A stretch of DNA of 64,000 nucleotides from Flectonema sp. DT1601 (lineage: Eukaryota): contig OZ025794.1 of NCBI GenBank assembly GCA_964019425.1, positions 1,240,001 through 1,304,000 of the forward strand, given 5' to 3'. The notes beneath the pieces are model-generated. The model saw only the letters and a program-made list of their open reading frames with translations, was not told where the DNA came from and did no database searches. The position numbers were made by a program, and so were the translations under genes. Positions 56,974 through 64,000 of this stretch are shown here, one piece after another. Positions within the stretch are counted from its first letter, which is position 1. Every line of letters begins with the position of its first letter.

Positions 56974-58923
56974 ATGTTGAAAGTCACTAAGATGGGTAAG
57001 AAAGGACCTCGTGTGAGGGTTTTATTCATGGCTGTTGTGGTCGTTGTTGTAATTGGGGTTATGTTATCCATGAGTGGTGTGAGGGAGGTAATGAGTGAAA
57101 CTCATGTGGCTACTAGTAGTCATGTGTTGACACTACCGCCACCACTATCACCGCCACCACTATCATCGCCACCACCACCACCACCACCACCTGTCACATC
57201 TCGTGTATCGAAAACCTCCAGCAAGTGCTCAGAGCTAAAAACGTGTGCGGAATGTCTTTCCAACATCCAATGCCGTTGGTGTGCAATAAAAAAAGATTTT
57301 GACGTTTCAATCGCCTCTGGAGAATGTCAATCAACATCCGACACATCCGACTGTCTCGACTCTGAAACCACATCGTGTCCAGCAATCTTAAATACGAAAT
57401 TACCTTCAAACTTTAGAGTCATTCACGTAGGAATTCAAAAGGGAGGTCCTGAAGCCTTAATCCAGCTTCACTTATCATTAATATATTGGGGATTCTCATC
57501 AACATTAGATACCAGAAGGAATAAACAAGGTGGATCAATTAAGAGTTTCTTTAGAATAAATTATGAACATGAACTGAAAAGATCACCTCCTCTAAGATGG
57601 TTTGATTCTTATGATAAATGGCTTACAACTGGTATGCCTGAAGACGTTTTTATAGAGACCGAAACATGGGCGTGTAAACCTGATTTCGTATATTCAAAGG
57701 GTAAAGGTAGACAGCTTCAGTGGCATCTTACAGTTTGGAAGAAAAAAAATCGAGAGGCATGTACCATAGCAGCACACACTCACTATATTGCACATGATTA
57801 CATGGAGATTTCCGACAAGGCTATTTTATATCCTTATATCAGTCCTCATATTCATAAGTTGGCAGAAAAAAATTCAAAATCGGAAATTTCGAAAGAAAAT
57901 TTAATACTCTACGATGCTGACGCTGGAATAACTGATGCGGACTTCGCAAAAACAGCAGCGACTGTTCGCAATCTTAAATTTGCAGTTGCAGCTGGGCTAA
58001 AACCCGAACAGCTTTACGATAAATACGCAAAAGCCAAAGTTTGCATAGACATGAAGCTACCTGGAGCAGAGAGATTCGTATACGAAGCGGCTTTATTCGG
58101 ATGCCCAATAGTCACAGATGATACCTTGAACGGAAAGGATAACTTTGACTTGCCGTTAATGCCTCAATATCGCCTGCCATCGGGTGATGTTGGTCGCTTA
58201 AACGATATTGCCACGGACATAATATTAAATTTCGATTCTCATAAAAAGAATTTTGGAGAGTTAAAAAAGTTTGTTTCATCTCAAAGGGTGGTGTTCTTAA
58301 GACAGGTTAGGAAGTATTTTTCTGACAACGTTCATATTATTGCGACCTGTTCAGAACAAGATGGGATAACTCAACTTATTCAGTTCTTATTATCTCACAT
58401 TCTAATCATACCATTCGCTACCATTGAGATTATTTGCTGTCATCATGATCTCTTCTCTCATCAAATCATCTCTGACTTGAGAGAGAGGACGTTGTTATCA
58501 GCGGTGCACTTTCGAAAATCTGATGTGTGTGATCACAAGATCTTTCCTGAACCGACATATTCTCAGCGAATGAAATACACTTTGGGTTATAAGGGACTTA
58601 ACTATGTTCCTAATGCGTTGGATTTAGTTTCGATATTGTCAACTCAGATGACAGTCAGAGGTAGTGATAAAATAACTTTTACTGTTGGATCAAATGATGT
58701 TTTATTCACAACGTCTTCACACTTCTCAAACATTCAACGGTGTTGGTCCTCATGTGAGTCTGTAATCAAACTTACACAGCAATCGATGTACCGTTCAGAT
58801 TTAACTTTTCCTCTGATTGATGTTTCTCCTGGTGAGGCACTTGATTTCTTATGCAAACATCCTGTATATGCCAATGCTTCTAGACTGCTATTACTACCTG
58901 TGAGTAGCAGGTGTCAAAGGTAA
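56974..58923 (+). CDS. Type II membrane protein: Pro stalk, PSI-like Cys module, GT-B glycosyltransferase-like domain
   Basis: TM, poly-Pro, CSELKTCAECL...CRWC; then GGPEALIQLH and YAKAKVCID...PGAERFVYEAALFGC. Confidence 0.65.
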   Translation: MLKVTKMGKKGPRVRVLFMAVVVVVVIGVMLSMSGVREVMSETHVATSSHVLTLPPPLSPPPLSSPPPPPPPPVTSRVSKTSSKCSELKTCAECLSNIQCRWCAIKKDFDVSIASGECQSTSDTSDCLDSETTSCPAILNTKLPSNFRVIHVGIQKGGPEALIQLHLSLIYWGFSSTLDTRRNKQGGSIKSFFRINYEHELKRSPPLRWFDSYDKWLTTGMPEDVFIETETWACKPDFVYSKGKGRQLQWHLTVWKKKNREACTIAAHTHYIAHDYMEISDKAILYPYISPHIHKLAEKNSKSEISKENLILYDADAGITDADFAKTAATVRNLKFAVAAGLKPEQLYDKYAKAKVCIDMKLPGAERFVYEAALFGCPIVTDDTLNGKDNFDLPLMPQYRLPSGDVGRLNDIATDIILNFDSHKKNFGELKKFVSSQRVVFLRQVRKYFSDNVHIIATCSEQDGITQLIQFLLSHILIIPFATIEIICCHHDLFSHQIISDLRERTLLSAVHFRKSDVCDHKIFPEPTYSQRMKYTLGYKGLNYVPNALDLVSILSTQMTVRGSDKITFTVGSNDVLFTTSSHFSNIQRCWSSCESVIKLTQQSMYRSDLTFPLIDVSPGEALDFLCKHPVYANASRLLLLPVSSRCQR

Positions 58924-59091
58924 AAAGAGAGAAGAAGAAGAATTTGCACAAAGATATCGACTACAGCCAAACAGGCAATCCACCAACTAAATCAACTCTT
59001 AAGTAATTGGAGAGGTAGCGCGTCGGGTACCAAAAACTTGCGCAATTCATAACTGTAGTAGCAGTAGTAAAGCCCAGTACAGTGGGGAGAG

Positions 59092-59122
<31 letters not shown>

Positions 59123-59428
59123 ATTTCATAATGTTCCTACTGATTGTGTTATACACTTTACTAGCTTCGTAAGTAAATTTATATAAAAAAAAAGAGCAAT
59201 TTTTGGTATCCACTCATCAATCAGGAGGAAGAAAAAAAAAAAGAAAAATAAATAAACAAAAAAAAAAAACAACAATGTTGATTTTTTTTTTTTTTTTCCC
59301 CCCCTTCTGTTGTGAGTGGTTGAATTCATTCTTTATAATAAATTATTGTAAAAAAAATTATTTAAAAAAAAATTATAATAATATTTGTTATTCAAAACCA
59401 AGGTGTCCCCACCCCCACATGCATACCA

Positions 59429-62400
59429 ATGATGAAAAACATGCCTTCTCTTCAACGAGATGATGCCGCCACTCCCATCGGAGATGACTTCCGCACTCGA
59501 TTGTCCACAGCAACTGGAGGCGACTTACTAAATGTTGCAACTGAGATGCAGAAACAGCTTAGTGTTTTTGAAGCTGATTTGGTATCAACTAAAAAACAAC
59601 TTGCGAGAAAGGAACGTGAATTAGAAAACGCATCTCTACTTGTAGGACAACAGAAAGATTTAATTAAAGCAGGTTTAGCACAGGGTGGAGGTGATATGAG
59701 AGACGCCTTTCAAGCAGTATCTGATTTACTATCGGGGTCTCAACCAAAGTCATCTATTGCGAATGTTAATTTAGTACCCAGCGGAATTGTTACGAAGATT
59801 TGTGATATGAAAAATGATCATTCGAATATACTTCAACTTGCTAATCAAAGAATACTATCAATTCATAGTACAGTTCAGTCTGTTATGTCTGAATGCTTTA
59901 ATCAACTTTCACTGTCTACAACGTCAGCCAAGTCAACAACAAGTGAGTTACTCAAAGCATTATCAAGTGATACAGATCAGCTTTATAGTTCTGCTTCTGA
60001 TCAAAAAACTGTTTTATCGGATGCTTCAACAGGACTATGTCGAATTCTAAGTGTGACACCGAAACCATCATTTTTGAGTTCATTGCAAAGTTGTATTGAC
60101 GCCCTTGAAGGAAAAGGATCCGTCTCTCACCATCATAAAACAAAAGTATATCAAAAATGTGTTGATGTTTTTGGTACCTTGTCAGTTGAAGATATTCTTG
60201 TTGAGATTAATCTTCTACGAGATGGTTCCGAAACAGGTATTGATTTAACAATCGCTAATCAGTTGCTCGCAGTTGTCAATAAATTAACACCTTCCTCAGG
60301 TAGTAAATTAGATTTAAGTACCCCAACAGAAATCGTATCACACTGCTCAGCTAGAATATCAGCTTATCAGAGTAAGGATAAAAATAAAGCAAAACTCGGA
60401 AGTAGCGTTGAATTGTTTAAACTTCTTTCAAAATTAGCACCTGCTGATGCGAGTAAACTGCAACAACGACTACACACATCATCGCAAGACCTCGATACTG
60501 AATCAATGCTCAGAGCTATTGGAATTCATGTTGACAATCTCCTTCAGCAACAAGGAAACATCTCTAAAAGTGATACTCTAAGCAGAAAGATGTCACACAT
60601 ATCTGGAATGCTATTGGAATTGTTGGGTGAGCCAGAGACAGAAGGAGGATTTGATAAAATAGAAAAACACATCTTAACTCTAAATGGTAAATACCAATCG
60701 ACAAGAGATCAGTTTCACATCTATCAAAGTGAAGCAGGTATTGCAATACAACAATTACAGAATGGTATTAGTATGATTTCCAAACGTTGTGGAGTGTCTC
60801 CAGTTGACTTATCATCAATTCTTTCAGATCCAAGATCACCTGAATTTGATAGAAAGTTTGATACAATGGACAGGGAAGTGAATCGAATTATTTCAATAAT
60901 TGATCAGTCGCCTCCTCGACAACGACCACCACGAACGACTTCTTTCGACCAACCCCTCTGCAGTAGTCGTGAAGCTAAAATAGTACATTCATTATCTACA
61001 GCGTTGTCAATTGATGAAGATCAAATCGACAGTATTGAAGCAGGAGTTCAATCTCTTTGTAGAGTGAATCATTCACTAAAACATCAATTAGACGAAGCTC
61101 AACTAAACCTCCACAGATACATATCAAGAATACAAAACATTGTCCAAGTTCATGACTCTAGAATGCCGTCTGAACGACATGTTCATGTTGGTGACTTAAA
61201 TGGATCTGGGATGATAGCCACACCAGGTCTTGACGACTTAGAGGCTCTCATCAGACTTTTAATTAAAAAAGGAGGATCAATTGTTCAAAATAAAGATGAA
61301 TTAATGGACTCTATAGATCTTGATTTGAGAAGTATTCTACCTCATGTTGAGAGTCTGATTGGAGTTCCAAAACTAACAAGTGGTGCCAGTAGCATTTTGA
61401 TACCTGAACTACCAGATGATCAGCTTGTCAACTCTCAAGCAAGACTTTCGGTTACAATTGCGAGATGGAAACGTGTAGTTGAATATCATTCTCAGACTCT
61501 TATAAACGGACTTGGACCTGGTGAGAAAGTATTGATAACGACAATGCAGCATATCGTTGCTCGATTACGATCATCGCTACCTAAAGATTTAGTACAGCGT
61601 AATATTCACAAGTCGGAATCTTTTGATATTGATGAAAGCTTTGAGTCACTTACTAACACAGAGTCTCTACATAGTGTTTCTGATGCGGTTGCTTTGTTGG
61701 ATTGCTATTCAAATTTGGTATCCGAATGGTCTCAAAAAGTAACAACCGAACAGCAACATGTGATCGCAACACTTGATACTCTTTGTTGTTCTCTTCCTGA
61801 CTTTGATAAACAACATAAGATAGACAAGAGTAGTCCAGGATTAGGATCTAACCTTCTGGCAGCTTCTCAAAAAGCAACAGCTGGAGTTACTTCACTAACT
61901 GCAAAGTACAGCGGTGCTCATACAAGATTACAGAGAGTTGCTACTACTGTGATGAATGCGGCTTCTATGATTGATAAGATACTTCCAAACAATACATCAG
62001 GACAGGCATCACGTTCTGGTTTATCAACATCGTTATCGAGAAGATCTGAAGACATACCTGAACATGTTCTTCAAGAATCAATTACTAAACTTAAACAGAG
62101 AGTAGCTGTTTTATCTCAGAGTGAAGTTTTTGAAAGATCTGCTGATAAAGGATTCCAAGTTTCTGATGCAGTCTTGACGAGAGTTGCGGCTGATCAATTG
62201 CGGGAGCTAGCGAGTTCAGCACCGTCTGGAACTCACATATCGGAATTAGTTTCGTGTATCGGTATGCGAATAGCTGCTGCTGATAGCGATCGAAACCTCC
62301 AACGTAGAGAAGGTGAACGATCCCGTTCGATGTGGAGAAAGCTTCACGATGAAGTCAACAGAAGACTACGACCTCTTCTTGAGAGTGAAAACTTATCAAC

Positions 62401-64000
62401 TTCGATACCTGACTCTGATCCTTCTCATGCAGTTGGTGTCATCGCAAAGATCGAACAGAAGTTTTTAGTAATTCAGAGACAACTCAATAGCTGCACTGCT
62501 GAACTCTCTTCTCAAAAAACTCGAAGACTTGACTTAGATTCGAGAGTGAGAGGAAATAGTAAAGTAAATACCAAAATCTACAAAGAGATAACAAAAATGT
62601 GTTCTGAGCTTCAGATAACTGCGATACCTACTCTACATGATGAGATGGACGCCCCAGCTACTCTTCAAGTGATCTCAAGAGAAATGTCAAGCCTGTTAGT
62701 TACCACAGAACAGGTAACAACACTGAGGGAAGACTTAGCAAAACGACTTAACGATGCGGAGTTAGAAAGAGCAAGGAGTGCTCGACTTGAAATGCAAAGA
62801 CTTCACTTACTTAATAGCGTAAGAAGTATATTACACACATTAGAAATGTTACCTGACACCTCTCTTGAAAACGACGGGGCATCTGACGCTGACTGGGCTG
62901 CTATCTGTTCAGGTGTTGCGGAGTTATCATCAGAATTATCCATCGGATATGATGCTCGTAAAAGGGTCTCATCTGTTGAAGAAACCCTTCAAATACTTCT
63001 AAACAAAATATCTGCCGACATCGATCACGTTAATTCTCCTGGTCACGGATCTCCTCTTCCAAAGAGAAGTCCACCACCACCACCATCATCACCAAGCACT
63101 ACTATAAAAAAATCGTCGAGCCGGAATCGATCTGAAGGGCTTGCACTGACGCAATCACAAATGGCTACGTTGTGTGATAAAATATCTTTAGAGTTTGAGG
63201 CAGTTAGGACGGTGGCCCAGCAAGAACCTATTTGGAAAAGGAAAGTTGCTGATGCTGAGAATGCAATGTTTTTGATTTCAGAAACTTTTCAGATTGGACG
63301 CAGCAGATCACAAGAAACGTTGGAAGACGTCGCATCGGTAATTAGAGACAAGTACGAACAACTTCAAGAAGTCTCTGCATCGAATGCCGCTGAAAAAACT
63401 AAAATTATAAAACACAACCTAGAGCTCAAACAAGAGCTATCTCGACTCGATGAAGAACTAATTGACTTGAGACATGAATTGGCTACTCAAGATGAGGACA
63501 AGTCGATATTAGAGAGGAAATTGGAAGCAGCTTCGATGTTTGTAAAGTACGCAAAAGAAATGAAAAGAGATGCTGAAGATGATTCAAGTTTTAGAGGAGG
63601 TTCAAAACCACAGGAACGATCTCTTTTAGACGACGATGATATTTATGAATTCAAAGAAATAACAGCTGTGAAAGCATACCAATCATATTTACAATTACGT
63701 AAAGATCGTGAGAACCTTATAGATAAAGTATCTGAGCTTGAGAAAGACGTCGAAAACACTCATCTCCATGAAGACTTTTTCGGTGGCCTACACGCTAAGC
63801 TATCTGTATTAAAGAGTTCAATGTTGGAATCAACATCAGTCATGTTCGATGGTGAAGATCGTTATCCAGCCAGATCTCCTCCTCAACCTCCAAATGGAAC
63901 TGACCCATCTCAATTACCAACAGACATTCTCTCTTATATCTCAACGTTAGAAAGAATGGTCAACACTTTAAAGTTTGAAGGCAAAGGACTACTTCAAAAC
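59429..64000 (+). CDS. Large coiled-coil protein, >1524 aa, runs off the window (absent from the ORF track)
   Basis: ATG ATG AAA AAC ATG CCT... reads MMKNMPSLQRDDAATPIG. The last codons (GKGLLQN) are in the same frame and the region is homopolymer-free. Not every codon was checked. Confidence 0.8.
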   Translation, partial: MMKNMPSLQRDDAATPIGDDFRTRLSTATGGDLLNVATEMQKQLSVFEADLVSTKKQLARKERELENASLLVGQQKDLIKAGLAQGGGDMRDAFQAVSDLLSGSQPKSSIANVNLVPSGIVTKICDMKNDHSNILQLANQRILSIHSTVQSVMSECFNQLSLSTTSAKSTTSELLKALSSDTDQLYSSASDQKTVLSDASTGLCRILSVTPKPSFLSSLQSCIDALEGKGSVSHHHKTKVYQKCVDVFGTLSVEDILVEINLLRDGSETGIDLTIANQLLAVVNKLTPSSGSKLDLSTPTEIVSHCSARISAYQSKDKNKAKLGSSVELFKLLSKLAPADASKLQQRLHTSSQDLDTESMLRAIGIHVDNLLQQQGNISKSDTLSRKMSHISGMLLELLGEPETEGGFDKIEKHILTLNGKYQSTRDQFHIYQSEAGIAIQQLQNGISMISKRCGVSPVDLSSILSDPRSPEFDRKFDTMDREVNRIISIIDQSPPRQRPPRTTSFDQPLCSSREAKIVHSLSTALSIDEDQIDSIEAGVQSLCRVNHSLKHQLDEAQLNLHRYISRIQNIVQVHDSRMPSERHVHVGDLNGSGMIATPGLDDLEALIRLLIKKGGSIVQNKDELMDSIDLDLRSILPHVESLIGVPKLTSGASSILIPELPDDQLVNSQARLSVTIARWKRVVEYHSQTLINGLGPGEKVLITTMQHIVARLRSSLPKDLVQRNIHKSESFDIDESFESLTNTESLHSVSDAVALLDCYSNLVSEWSQKVTTEQQHVIATLDTLCCSLPDFDKQHKIDKSSPGLGSNLLAASQKATAGVTSLTAKYSGAHTRLQRVATTVMNAASMIDKILPNNTSGQASRSGLSTSLSRRSEDIPEHVLQESITKLKQRVAVLSQSEVFERSADKGFQVSDAVLTRVAADQLRELASSAPSGTHISELVSCIGMRIAAADSDRNLQRREGERSRSMWRKLHDEVNRRLRPLLESENLSTSIPDSDPSHAVGVIAKIEQKFLVIQRQLNSCTAELSSQKTRRLDLDSRVRGNSKVNTKIYKEITKMCSELQITAIPTLHDEMDAPATLQVISREMSSLLVTTEQVTTLREDLAKRLNDAELERARSARLEMQRLHLLNSVRSILHTLEMLPDTSLENDGASDADWAAICSGVAELSSELSIGYDARKRVSSVEETLQILLNKISADIDHVNSPGHGSPLPKRSPPPPPSSPSTTIKKSSSRNRSEGLALTQSQMATLCDKISLEFEAVRTVAQQEPIWKRKVADAENAMFLISETFQIGRSRSQETLEDVASVIRDKYEQLQEVSASNAAEKTKIIKHNLELKQELSRLDEELIDLRHELATQDEDKSILERKLEAASMFVKYAKEMKRDAEDDSSFRGGSKPQERSLLDDDDIYEFKEITAVKAYQSYLQLRKDRENLIDKVSELEKDVENTHLHEDFFGGLHAKLSVLKSSMLESTSVMFDGEDRYPARSPPQPPNGTDPSQLPTDILSYISTLERMVNTLKFEGKGLLQN

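Noticed and set aside
1..64000. Stop-codon reassignment, or a CRISPR array
   Set aside because: TAA, TAG and TGA all end genes at expected C-termini, and ORF breaks are explained by introns. No regularly spaced repeat-spacer array was seen.

Overview
AT-rich eukaryotic DNA with many homopolymer tracts. All 23 protein genes I can support lie on the + strand in one unidirectional array, and most have a pyrimidine tract plus AG just upstream of the ATG. Together with a euglenozoan-type LSU rRNA signature, this suggests a euglenozoan (diplomenid-like: polycistronic and trans-splicing, but with cis-introns); the taxon is inferred. Six genes contain nine short GT-AG introns, which unusually have A- or A/C-rich tracts instead of pyrimidine tracts before the 3' AG. 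The most striking non-coding object is a 1,177-bp element (36024-37200) with 47-bp terminal inverted repeats, inserted in a T-tract. It has no convincing ORF but carries two tRNA-like Pol III promoter units, a strong GC hairpin and a rearranged sense/antisense mosaic of LSU rRNA fragments. Two further dispersed repeat families are present. A PAS-HATPase-pseudoreceiver-MAP3K fusion gene appears once its introns are removed. All calls were made by eye without database searches.
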